NCBI GenBank assembly: GCA_002269645.1
Contig: NIVC01000349.1
Location: 496,001-560,000, forward strand
DNA length: 64,000 bases
Origin: Macrostomum lignano
Taxonomy: Eukaryota
Direction of reading: 5' to 3'
The notes under the pieces: model-generated
The model's input: only the letters and a program-made list of their open reading frames with translations
The model's database searches: none
Told to the model about the DNA's origin: nothing
Made by a program: the position numbers and the translations under genes
Shown: positions 11,618 through 24,000 of the stretch, one piece after another
Layout: each line of letters begins with the position of its first letter
Position numbering within the stretch: position 1 is the stretch's first letter

Positions 11618-14600
11618 TCAGCGAAGTCGCGGCTTGAGCGGTGGCGCCTGGGCGCCTGCCGACCTGAGTCCGCGCGAGTCCTGACTGCGCCGATTCAAAT
11701 TGGCGCGATAGTCGCCCAGCGGGTCTGTGTACACGCGGCGCACGCTGGCGCCCATGGCGCGCAGCACGGGCGCCGACTGGTGCGCCTGCTCCCATTTCCA
11801 CTTGCGGTCCTTCTCAACGCACAGCGGGCACGAAGGAGACTTGGCGGCGTTGTCGGTAGGTTGCTTGACAACCGTTGCCATGAGAACCGGGTGGCCGGCG
11901 CGCCTTGCGGCCTGAGGAGAGCAAAGTTTCGATAATAAGTCTAGCTGACAAAATGAGTGTCCGGATGGCGCCAAAATGAGTGTCCGGATGGCGCCACAAT
12001 GAGTGTCCGGATAGCGCCACAATGAGTGTCCAGATGGCGCCACAATGAGTGTCCGGATGGCGCCACAATGAGTGTCCGGATGGCGGCACAATGAGTGTCC
12101 GGATAGCGACACAATGAGTGTCTGGATGGCGCCACAATGAGTGTCCGGATGGCGGCACAATTAGTGTCCGGATAGCGACACAATGAGTGTCCGGATGGCG
12201 CCACAATGAGTGTCCGGATAGCGGCAAAATGAGCATCCGGATAGCACCACAATGAGTGTCCGGATGGCGCCACAATGAGTGTCCGGATGGCGGCACAATG
12301 AGTGTCCGGATGGCACCTCAACGAGTGTCCGGATGGCAGCACAACGAGTGTCCGGATGGCGCCACAACGAGTGTCTGGATTCCGGATGGCGCCAAAATGA
12401 GTGTCCGGTTTTGATTCCCCTCAAATTCGGCAGCCATTCTCTGCTAGCCCATTCCCTCACCCGTCACTCACCTGGGCACAGTTCTCGGCCATCAGGTTCG
12501 CCAGCTCGGAGTCGCCGCCGTGACGCAACCAACAGGCGAAGCACTCGGCTTGACCGGACAAATTCGTCCAGTGGCCTGGCGTGTTGCCCTCAGCTGGGGT
12601 AATAGGGGTATTTTTGGTAGATAACTGGTAAAGGGCAATTAGGGTTAGATAAAGCCAGGCCTGGGTCTCACCGTCCTGAGCGTTGGGATCTGCGCCCTGC
12701 TCAAGTAGCCAGTGCAGGCATTGCAAGTTCCCGAACTGAGCGGCCTGCGAGGAGGGAGACGGAGAGAGAAAGGCGAATAAATCTATGAAATTCTTTCTTT
12801 CTGTTCTTTTATGCTATGAAATAGCTAGCGTTAAGAAATAGAAATAGGAAAAATGGAAGGGAAGAGAGGGGAAGAGAGGGGAAGAGAGAAGGAAGAGAGG
12901 GGAGGACAGGGGAAGAGAGGGGAAGAGAGGGAAAGAGAGGGGAGGAGAGGGGAAGAGAGGGGAGGAGAGGGAAAGAGAGGGGAAGAGAGGGGAAGAGAGG
13001 GGAAGTGAGGGGAAGAGAGGGGAAGAGAGGGAAAGAGAGGGGAGGAGAGGGGAAGAGAGGGGAGGAGAGGGAAAGAGAGGGGAGGAGAGGGGAAGAGAGG
13101 GGAGGACAGGGGAAGAGAGGGGAAGAGAGGGGAAGAGAGGGGAAGTGAGGGGAAGAGAGGGGAAGAGAGGGAAAGAGAGGGGAGGAGAGGGGAAGAGAGG
13201 GGAGGAGAGGGGAAGAGAGGGGAAGAGAGGGGAAGAGAGGGGAGGAGAGGGGAAGAGAGGGGAAGAGAGGGGAAGTGAGGGGAAGAGAGAAGGAAGAGAG
13301 GGGAGGACAGGGGAAGAGAGGGGAAGAGAGGGAAAGAGAGGGGAGGAGAGGGGAAGAGAAGGGAGGAGAGGGGAAGAGAGGGGAAGAGAGGGGAAGAGAG
13401 GGGAAGAGAGGGGAAGAGAGGGGAAGTGAGGGGAAGAGAGAAGGAAGAGAGGGGAGGACAGGGGAAGAGAGGGGAAGAGAGGGGAAGAGAGGGGAAGAGA
13501 GGGGAAGAGAGGGGAAGAGAGGGGAAGAGAGGGGAAGAGAGGGGAAGTGAGGGGAAGAGAGGGGAAGAGAGGGGAAGAGAGGGGAAGAGAGGGGAAGAGA
13601 GGGGAAGAGAGGGGAAGAGAGGGGAAGAGAGGGAAAGAGAGGGGAAGAGAGGGGAAGTGAGGGGAAGTGAGGGGAAGTGAGGGGAAGTGAGGGGAAGTGA
13701 GGGGAAGAGAGGGGAAGAGAGGGAAAGAGAGGGGAGGAGAGGGGAAGAGAGGGGAAGAGAGGGGAAGAGAGGGGAGGGGAGGGAAAGAGAGGGGAGGAGA
13801 GGGGAAGAGAGGGGAAGAGAGGGAAAGAGAGGGGAAGAGAGGGGAAGAGAGGGGAAGAGAGGGGAAGAGAGGGGAGGGGAGGGAAAGAGAGGGCACGTTG
13901 AGGGGCACCAGCGTTCTCACAAAGTGCAGCGGCAGTTTTCCAGCCCTGCCAGGCAGGTCCAGAGCCACCCCCCGGTCAGCCAACAGCCGCAGGCAGTTGA
14001 GGCGGTCGTGCCGAGCCGCCAGGTGCGCTGGCTGATTGCCCTGCCGGTCGGGCAGGTCCACTGGCGCCTTCAGCTCCGAGGCCAGGGTGTGCAGGGCGCG
14101 AGTTGCGCCGCTCGCGGCAGCCCAGTGCGCGGGGGTCAGGCCCTGTGGGGGGAGGTCAGCAGATTCTGACAGTGTCAGTGTCAAGAGCTTAACGGGCTTC
14201 TAAGGTCTCTGCAACAGCGATTGTGATCGCTTTTAGCAATAACTGCTTCTGTGCCTGCTCTCTTGTCCCTGCTGCGTTTCTCTCTCTGTTTTCACTACCT
14301 CTATGCTCTCCCTTTCCCCTGTCTCCCTCTCCCCTGCCTCCCTCTCCCCTGTCTCCCTCTCCCCTGTCTCCCTCTCCCCTGCCTTCCTCTCCCCTGTCTC
14401 CCTCTCCCCTGCCTCCCTCTCCCCTGTCTCCCTCTCCCCTGCCTTCCTCTCCCCTGTCTCCCTTTCCCCTGTCTCCCTCTCCCCTGCCTCCCTCTCCCCT
14501 GTCTCCCTCTCCCCTGTCTCCCTTTCCCCTGTCTCCCTCTCCCCTGTCTCCCTCTCCCCTGCCTTCCTCTTCTCCCTGTCTCCCTCTCCCCTGCCTCCCT

Positions 14601-16693
14601 CTCCCCTGCCTCCCTCTCCCCTGTCTCCCTTTCCCTTGTCTCCCTCTCCCCTGCCTCCCTCTCCCCTGCCTCCCTCTCCCCTGTCTCCCTCTCCCCTGTC
14701 TCCCTCTCCCCTGTCTCCCTCTCCCTTGTCTCCCTCTCCCCTATCTCCCTCTACCCCTGTCTCCCTCTCCCCTGCCTCCCTCTCCCCTGTCTCCCTCTCC
14801 CCTGTCTCCCTCTCCCCTGTCTCCCTCTCCCCTGTCTCCCTCTCCCCTGTCTCCCTCTCCCCTGCCTTCTTCTTCTCCCTGTCTCCCTCTCCCCTGCCTC
14901 CCTCTCCCCTGTCTCCCTCTCCCCTGTCTCCCTCTATCCCTATCTCCCTCTATCCCTATCTCCCTCTTCCCTGTCTCCCTCTCCCCTGTCTCCCTCTCCA
15001 CCTGTCTCTCCCTTCCCATGTTTCCCTCCCCCCTGTCACTCTCTCTCTGTCTCCCTCTCTCCCTCCCCTCTCTCCCTCTCCCCCTGTCTCCCCTATCCTA
15101 CTCCTTCTCTCCCTCAGCCTCTCAGTCCCTCTCACCTTAATCTTCTACAACAATTAAATCAGCTTTTCTAATCCGCTCTCTTTCGCAAATTCTCCCCCAC
15201 CTTTCCATCCCGAGCAGACATAAGCGCGTTGCCAGCCGCAGGTCCGCAGCGCTTCCTCAGACGTTTGAGCAGCTCCGGGTGGTCCCTGCCAGCAGCCAGG
15301 TGCGCCGGGGTGACTCCGCCAGAGTCTGGCAGATTCAGCGACGCTCCCGCCGCTGCCAGGAGGTTCAGACAGGCCAGTTCGCCCTGTTCGCAGGCAGCGT
15401 GGACAGCAGATCTGCCGCGATTGTCAACAGCATTGATGCCACCATCCGCCTGCGGCTGCTGCTGCTTCTCAATCCAGGGCAGCAGCTCGCGAACCACGGG
15501 CTCGAAACCGGCAGAGACCGCCTCGTGCAATGGCCGGCGTCCGGAGTTTGGCGCGGCGAGATTCGGTGGCACCCCGTGCTTGGAGGAGGCGGAACGGGCG
15601 GAGGCCGTAGGGCGTGGGGATAATGTAGTGCTGGGGAGTTTTCCCGACGGGATCTGTCGAAGAATCCCAGCTATTGATCCCACGAGAATCCTAATTATTG
15701 GTCCCGGAATCCCAATTATTGATACCATAATTTCAATTATTGATACCATAATTTCAATTATTGATACCATGTAACCATAATTTCAATTATTGATACCATA
15801 ATTTCAATTATTGATCCCAGAATCCCAATTATTGATCCCGTAATCCCAATTATTTATCACAGAATCCAAATTATTGATCCCAGAATCCCAATTATTGGCC
15901 CCTCGATAATCCTAATTATTGGTCCCAGAATCCCATTATTGATCATACGAAAAGAAGAATTTTTGATCTAATAATCCCGATTATTGATCCCAGAATCCCA
16001 ATTTTAGATCTCAGAATCCCAATGACGGATTCCATAATTCCAATTATTGATCCCAGAATCCCAAATATTAATCACATAATCCTAATTGTTGATCTTAGAA
16101 TCTCAATTATTGATCCCACGAGAATCTCAATTACTGATCCCAGAATTAAAATTATTGATCCCTCGATAATCCCAATTATCGGTCCCAGAATCCCATTATT
16201 GATCATACGAAAACAAGAATTATTGATCCAATAATCTCAATTATTTATTCCAAGATCCCAATCATTTTTCCCAGAATCTCAATTATTGATCCCACGAGAA
16301 TCCCAATTACTGATCCCATAATTCCAATTATTGATCCTAGAATCCCAATTTTTTATCCCAGAGTCCTAATTAATGATCCCAGAATCATAATTATCAATCA
16401 CTGAAAATCAATTATTGATCCCAGAGTGCCAATTTTTGAACCCGGAATTCCGATTATTGTTTCCACGAGAATCCCAATACCATCCAACAAATCCTTTATC
16501 AGATCCCACATGCATCTGCCTGCAGCCTCACCTGCAGCAGCTCCCTCACAACCTCCAGGTGTCCAAAACCGCAGGCCACATGCAAAAGCCGGTCCCGCTC
16601 CACCAGCAGCCGCACCTGCGTGTGGTTGCTAAGGAACTGATCGCGCACGCGACCCGCATCGCCGGAGCGAACAGCTTCAGTGAGATCTGCAGC
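11618..16693 (-). CDS. Ankyrin-repeat protein (at least 416 aa, 5' end incomplete)
   Basis: Exons 16693-16532, 15578-15201, 14142-13921, 12744-12672, 12593-12472 and 11911-11618, all in phase. Junctions rebuild ankyrin consensus: ELLQ|HGVPPN, ARDGK|GLTPAHWAA, LPLHF|AAQFGNLQCLHWLLEQGADPN. No in-frame ATG found for the first exon. Confidence 0.88.
11945..12408. repeat. Intronic 23-bp minisatellite (GAGTGTCCGGATGGCGCCACAAT)
   Basis: About 20 tandem units in the last ankyrin intron. Confidence 0.95.
12856..13893. repeat. Intronic polypurine 10-mer array (GGGGAAGAGA)n
   Basis: Almost pure G/A tract on the + strand. Confidence 0.97.
14310..15130. repeat. Intronic polypyrimidine 15-mer array (TCTCCCTCTCCCCTG)n
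   Basis: C/T-rich tandem tract on the + strand. Confidence 0.95.
15665..16500. repeat. Intronic degenerate ~21-bp array (AATTATTGATCCCAGAATCCC)
   Basis: Tandem units between ankyrin exons. Confidence 0.9.
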
Positions 16694-16822
16694 CTGGAAT
16701 TTTTGAGTCGTCAAAATTTTAAAGTGTTTTGAATTTTGAGAATTAAAAAAAATTGGCCGGGGTTGAATATGATATTGAATGTTCCATGGGCGATTTAAGG
16801 AAAGAAGATTTAAGGTAGATGA

Positions 16823-17221
16823 CCGTAGAGATCTCAGAGAGATTTCCGTAGAGATCTCAGAGAGATTTTCATATAGATCTCAGAGAGATTTTCATAGATC
16901 TCAGAAGATTTCCATATAGATCTCAGAGAGATTTTCGGATAGATCTCAGACGTTTTCACAGAGATCTCAGGGAGATTTCCCTAGAGATCTCAGAGAGATT
17001 TTCCTAGAGATCTCAGAGAGATTTTCGTAGAGATCTCAGAGAGATTTCCGTAGAGATCTCAGAGAGATTTTCATATAGATCTCAGAGAGATTTTCATATG
17101 GATCTAAGAGAGATTTCCATATAGATGTCAGTGAGATTTTATATAGATCTCATTGAGATTACCATATAGATCTCAGTGAGATTTCCATATAAATGTCTTA
17201 GAGATTTCCATGTAGATCTCT
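16823..17221. repeat. ~23-bp array (AGAGATCTCAGAGAGATTTCCGT)
   Basis: Tandem units; the same family occurs at 27535-27812. Confidence 0.92.
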
Positions 17222-17554
17222 GAGTAAGTTTAAATTGATTTTAGAAAGATTTATGAGATATTTGGCAAGTGGGTGGATTTCACAGCACAAGTTGATATCA
17301 TTACGCATCCAGTTAATGACAACTTATTCCCCAGACCTATAAGGTACTCAAAAAAGAAAAATTGCAATCTCTCTATGGCATCCGCGGCGGCAGGAGCCAC
17401 AAGTTTAGTCTATGGTACAACCCGCCACAAGAGCGGCAGTCGAGAATTGAATGGATTAAAAGACATGCAGGACTCTGCCTAGTAGGCAAGGATCAGAGTT
17501 CGCGCTCTGCAGTTCCAGGATAAGACACGATCAGGAATTTAAAGTCCCGCGGCC

Positions 17555-17956
17555 ATGACCCTAGCCTGGGTGACATCGCAGAGCGTTTACGACTACAAGT
17601 ACAGCAGCAACCGGGTGGAGGTGCTGCTGTACAGCGCCCAGACCTGCCAGATCTGTCAGGGCAAACTGGTGCCAATCTTTCAGGAGCTCAGCGGCTGGAG
17701 TTCAGCAAATTGGCAGGCCAGCGGTCTCCAGTCCAGTGTCCCCATGCGCTTGTCAGCGCTGGACACATCCAACAATCCGCGGCCCAATATTGCGGAGGCG
17801 CAGGACATCAGCAATGTACCCTATGTGCAGATGTGGGCGCCAACCAGGCTAAAGTACGCGCCGCTCTCTCTAGCGATGAACTTCCAGGATGCAGGGTACA
17901 ACGAGATCCGGGCTAGGCTGATCGAATGGATCGTCACTAACGTTAACAACATCTGA
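17555..17956 (+). CDS. Single-exon thioredoxin-fold protein (133 aa, CxxC = CQIC)
   Basis: GCC-ATG start context. VLLYSAQT-CQIC-helix, RLSALD, and IAEAQDISNVP (cis-Pro position) match the thioredoxin pattern. AATAAA at 18000-18005. Confidence 0.75.
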   Translation: MTLAWVTSQSVYDYKYSSNRVEVLLYSAQTCQICQGKLVPIFQELSGWSSANWQASGLQSSVPMRLSALDTSNNPRPNIAEAQDISNVPYVQMWAPTRLKYAPLSLAMNFQDAGYNEIRARLIEWIVTNVNNI

Positions 17957-20900
17957 CTTTGATTGGCTCTTTTAAACAATTTCATTTACTGACTGCTTTA
18001 ATAAATGTCAATTGTCTTTTAATTGCATTTTGGTCATTTGATTTTCAAATGGAATGAAAAAATGTTTTGATTTACGAGTCACATCACTCAGTTGTTTGAA
18101 ATTTGCTTATTTCGATAAAATTTTCATGGAAGTTCACTTTCAGCTAGTTGGAAAAAATATTTCCGGAATTTTTAACCAATTTAAAAGTAAGATAGAGGAT
18201 ATTAGAATACCAGCTATAGCTTATAGCATCTTAAGCACCTTTATTACCTTAGTTTAGAAATTAAAAAATTCTTAAAAAATGGTGCACAGTTTAAGTTTGA
18301 TCATTAATTATAAATATGATTTTTGATGATTAACAAGATAAATGGTTAAATTCAAAACATTGCAAATAATTCCCAACTAGCTAGTCTAGAAGTATGGTCA
18401 AAGTGTTAAAAAATTCCAAAAATCATAAAAACTAACAGCATGCGAATCCAGAACAATTTCTATCCATCGGCTACGGCTAGTATCATATAAGCATCCTTAA
18501 ATTATTCTAGTGGTTTTATTTATTACATTAATATCATTACTGTTATTACACAATTTTAGAAAATACAGTCACGACTCACGCTTGAAATCACAAACCCATA
18601 ATAATATCACACTACAAGTACAATATAATTTAGCTAGTATTATTTTTAGTGTAAGACTACTAGTTTTATTTATTTTTTATCAAAATTTTTGAAAATTTAT
18701 CTATTTTCACATATTATTTGAATACTTTCTTCAATATTAAAGTTTTTACGACAGTAAGAAAACTATTTTATACTGATGTACAGGCGTAAAGCCAGTGCAG
18801 GTTGGCTGAAATAAAAAAAGAAAAATAAATGTTATTATACAGTGAGTATAGCTGAGGAAAACTACAAGCCTATCGTATGAATAATATATTCTGTGAATTT
18901 ACAAAGCTTGGGTTAAGACTAACATTATTGTGGAAACTGGGAGACAGGGAGTCAAGGTTTTCGTAAAATCTGAGTAAACTATCGTGTCGAAGTTGTCAGG
19001 CGAAACAACTTGTTTACTTTTGTGCTGTTCGTATTTTAATTTTTTATGCATTACAAAAACATTTTTTTAAATTCTGCAGTTTAATTGGTAAATTAAACTC
19101 TGATTTTCCTAATTTTTGTCTGAACTTTCTTAAAACTAGTACGATTTCCGGAACTGTTTGTTGAAGGAGCAAAGGGTACAAGCTGGAGCGATAGGGCACT
19201 GTTGCTGTAAACTTCACAAATGTGAAACTTCACAACTGCGAAACTTCAAAACCGCTAAAAAGACTGCCGTATATGAAAGTAAGTGCAAAAAATTTAACGA
19301 TTGTGAAATTTCGCGTTTGTGAAACCCACCCAAAGGAGACAGCCAAGAGATCCAGAAAATTAACTGATTGGTCTTGCCCTTTGTAATTTTCATTTCTTTA
19401 GGATATAAATAAATTAATAGTTCTGTGTACAGTACGTAATTTCGCAATACATGTATTTTTGAATCAGTTGAAAATTCGAACATTTTCAGACGAATTGTCA
19501 CTTCCAACACAGAATCGAATATGACCTGGTTGTCCCAATTTCACAAACTGACAAAGGTATACAGCAGGATTTAGGGTGGCCCTTATAGATGACAAAATGT
19601 ATGTGCAATGTGCATATGTGCTCCCATCAAATAGCCCCCCCACCACTTCGATGTACTTGATTGGTCTTCAATAAATGAGATAGATATAACATGTAAGCTA
19701 AAGTCAATTCCTATCCATTATATCACTTTGTCTATCTGCCTAGCTGAAACGCCTCAGAGCTTGGACGATATGTATGCAAATAATGAAGTTTTAAATGTTG
19801 CAATGGTCACAATTATTTAATGCGAATATTATTTTAGTAAACGACAAAAAACAAATTTTTACTAATAAAATATTACTCAGTGGGTATATTTAATTGTTTG
19901 AGCAGTTTTTGGTACATGTACTTATATTTTTTTGCTTTTTTAAATATTCGACGATATTCGACGCGTGTATTATTACTGTCAGCAGTAAAGTACATATTAT
20001 AATACAATTGTATTTCGATGCAAAACAATAGTACAGTACAATTGGTAAAAAATGAACAAAAATATTATAACACGTACACTCCTAGTAACAACAGGGAAAA
20101 CCAATTACCAATAAAAACAACTTAACAAAAGACTTAACAAATGTATGATTGCTGATGTAAGATGATGATGTAAGCTATGTAAGGCTATACAAGTTTACAA
20201 GTTATGATGCAGTTTTGCGAATTTATGGGACGTTTAGGAGACTTTATTAATTAAAGGAGCGACTAAGAAACTTTATGATGGACTACAGAAAATTTGAAGC
20301 GCAAAGCGCAACAAATTATAACAAAATAGAATCGTTCAAAACAGAAAACTAAGATCAATCAATTACATAAAATTAAAATTCAGCAAACTTTAGACAGTTT
20401 TTTTTCGCCGCAAACTCGACAGTCCCTACTTAGAAAACAGTAGCTAATCGTAGGAAAAGTAATTAAATACAACACGTGTTTCGATTTAAAAAAATAATAA
20501 ACAGGTCGAAAATAAATCGAGATGACATAAAAAAAGCAGAATTAAATGTTACACGTGCGCAGAGATGAGAAAATGATAATTAGAATGAACCAACTGAGAA
20601 AAAATAGTTCGACGCACAAATACTTATAGTAGCATATATAACAAATTAGTAAATAATTTGTTTGTAGAATAGTTTGTAGAATCTGCTGCCAAATGAGTTC
20701 ATGCTTATTGGGATGTCAATCATATAGCAAACAGGCCTGATCGCTTTGAATAATAAAAAGCGTAAAAAAGTTTGTTATAATCGAAATCGAATTGAATTTC
20801 GAAATTGAATTGAATTGAATTTCCAGTACCTCACATTTCAGTAGTATGGTGCGGATATGAAGTTTAGAAAAATAAGAAATCACTAGATACTGGAATAGCT

Positions 20901-21078
20901 ATTAATAAGAGCTGACAGCTCCTAAGACTCCTAAAACTCTTAGTTTGATGTCGGGAAGGAGTTTAGCAATAATGGTTTAAATATCCCCTATTCCTATAAT
21001 AGGATAAATATCCCCAATTCAAATATTTAGGATAAATATCCCAAATTAGTCTCAAGCCCGCATTGACAGCCGCTAAGA

Positions 21079-24000
21079 TCACTCCGCCTGCGAATTCCCA
21101 ACTTCGCCGTCCCCCGAATCAGCTTCATCCGCAGCTTCCGGCTCGGCCAGCGAGTTGCCAGCCGTCCGCATCTCTTCAAGCCGGTTTAAAATCTCCCGAA
21201 ATCCGGGCCGGAGCTTCGGATCCCAGCTCCAGCACTGGCGCATCAGCTGGTACATCGGCTCGCCGGCGAATTTGGGACGCGAGTTGACCTTGCCGGACTC
21301 CAGGTGGCCCAGGATGTCGCCGGGTGAAACGCCCGGGTACGGCAGCTCGCCAAAGCTGTAGATCTCGAATAGCAAAATTCCGTAGGCCCAGCTGAAGTAA
21401 GTTTAGTAGCGTTTTTAATTTTTCAAAGAATTTAAGATCATTTCTATAATTCAGATCCCTATTTCTGGGATCAAGATCCCCATTTCTGAGATCAAGATCC
21501 CATTTCTGGGATCAAGATCCCAATTTCTGAGATCAAAATCCCATTTCTGAGATCAAAATCCCATTTCTGGAATCAAGATCCCATTTCTGGAATCAAGATC
21601 CCATTTCTGGAATCAAGATCCCCATTTCTGGGATCAATATTCCCATTTGTGGGATCAAGATCCCCATTTCTGGGATCAAGATCCCCATTTCTGGGATCAA
21701 GATCCCCATTTCTGGGATCAAGATCCCCATTTCTGGGATCAAGATCCCCATTTCTGGGATCAAGATCCCCATTTCTGGGATCAAGATCCCCATTTCTGGA
21801 ATTAAGATCCCCATTTCTGGAATCAAAATCCCATTTCTGAGATCAAGATCCCCATTTCTGGGATCAAGATCCCCATTTCTGGAATCAAGATTCTCATTTC
21901 TAGGATCAAGATCCCCATTTCTGGGATCAAGATCCCCATTTCTGGAATCAAGATCCCCATTTCTGGAATCAAAATCCCATTTCTGAGATCAAGATCCCCA
22001 TTTCTGGGATCAAGATCCCCATTTCTGGAATTAAGATTCCCATTTCTGAGATCAAGATCCCCATTTCTGAGATTAAGATTTCTATTTCTGGGATCAAGAT
22101 CCCCATTTCTGGAATTAAGATTCCCATTTCTGAGATCAAGATCCCCATTTCTGGAATCAAGATCCCCATTTCTGGAATCAAAATCCCATTTCTGAGATCA
22201 AGATCCCCATTTCTGGGATGAAGATCCCCATTTCTGGAATCAAGATTCTCATTTCTGGAATCAAGATCCCCATTTCTGGGATCAAGATCCCCATTCGGGA
22301 ATAAGGAGTCAAGAGAGATTCTTAAAGTACCCAGCGTCATTTAAATCGATCCACATCCAGGGCAGCCTCCCTTAAAGTTCAGTTCGCTTCCAGCAATGCC
22401 ATTAATAAGAGGCAAAGAGGATGCTGGTGGGTTTAGACTGAAGATTGCAAGCTTTCGAGGAACCAAGTTATAATTCAAGAGATGGGGGACCCCAGCGAAG
22501 GAAGTCACGTGATGACTGACCCCACAGGCCACTTTGGGGTTGAAAGTCGCTCCCTTTACCCTGTCTCTTTTAGTCATGAATCACACACTGGTGGGTAAGA
22601 CTTGGAATTCTATGCGGCACCAGGGACTTTGCTGGATCTGGATTGGAAAGACTGGCATGTTTTAGTGACAATCGGATTGTTAAGATTGTGAATTGGGAAG
22701 ATTGTGAATATTGGTGATTGTAAAGATTGTGAATACTGGGATTGTGAAGATTTTGAATACTGGGGATTGTGAATATTCGGGATTGTGAATGTTAGGGATT
22801 GTGGAGTTTGTGAAGATCGTGAAGATTCTGAACATTGGAAATTTTGAAAATTGTGAACAGTAGGGATTGTGAAAATTGTGAATTTTGGAGATTGTGAATA
22901 TTGGGAATTGTGAAGACTGAGAGCATTGGGGATTGTAAAGATTGTGAATATTGGAGATCATGAAGATTGTGAATATAGGAGATCGTGAAGATTGTGAATA
23001 TTAGAGATCGTGAAGATTGTGAATATTGGAGATCGTGAAAATTGTGAATATTAGAGATCGTGAAGATTGTGAATATTAGAGATCGTGAAGATTGTGAATA
23101 TTGGTGATTGTGAAGACTGAGAGCATTGGGAATTGTAATGATTGTGAATATAGGAGATCGTGAAGATTGTGAATATAGGAGATCGTGAAGATTGTGAATA
23201 TTGGTGATTGTGAAGATTGTGAATATTAGAGATCGTGAAGATTGTGAATATTGGTGATTGTAAAGATTGTGAATATTGGAGATCGTGAAGATTGTGAATA
23301 TAGGAGATCGTGAAGATTGTGAGTATTGGTGATTGTGAAGATTGTGAATATTGGAGATTGTGAAGATTGTGAACATTAGAGATCGTGAAGATTGTGAATA
23401 TTGGAGATCGTGAAGATTGTGAATATAGGAGATTGTGAAGATTGTGAACATTAGAGATCGTGAAGATTGTGAATATTGGAGATTGTGAAGATTGTGAATA
23501 TTGGAGATTGTGAAGATTGTGAACATTAGAGATCGTGAAGATTGTGAATATTAGAGATCGTGAAGATTGTGAATATTGGAGATCGTGAAGATTGTGAATA
23601 TTGGAGATCGTGAAGATTGTGAATATTAGAGATCGTGAAGATTGTGAATATTGGAGATCGTGAAGATTGTGAATATTGGTGATTGTGAAGATTGTGAATG
23701 TTAGGGTTGTGAATGAATAGTGAATATTGGGAATTGTGAAAATACCTCTCTCTGTCACATATTTTGATTCCAGGGTGGATTTTAATAATTCAAGTGTTTT
23801 AACTTCCAGTCCAAATTCGCACACTTAGAGGTCCATGGACAAAACGTTTCGGTTTCAGTCTTCAACGGAAGGATTGGAGTTCCCTTGACTACTTGGATAG
23901 ATGGGCATTTAGCCTGCATCCTATTCGGTAAATGCTAGGACAACCTAAAGAGGATTTCCATCTCCCAGCACCAGCGGCACCATCATAAAGTTGCCAACCT

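Noticed and set aside
16694-16787. ATG at 16787 as the ankyrin start via a 1-nt homopolymer error
   Set aside because: It needs an unproven indel and the added peptide looks intronic; kept only as a possibility.
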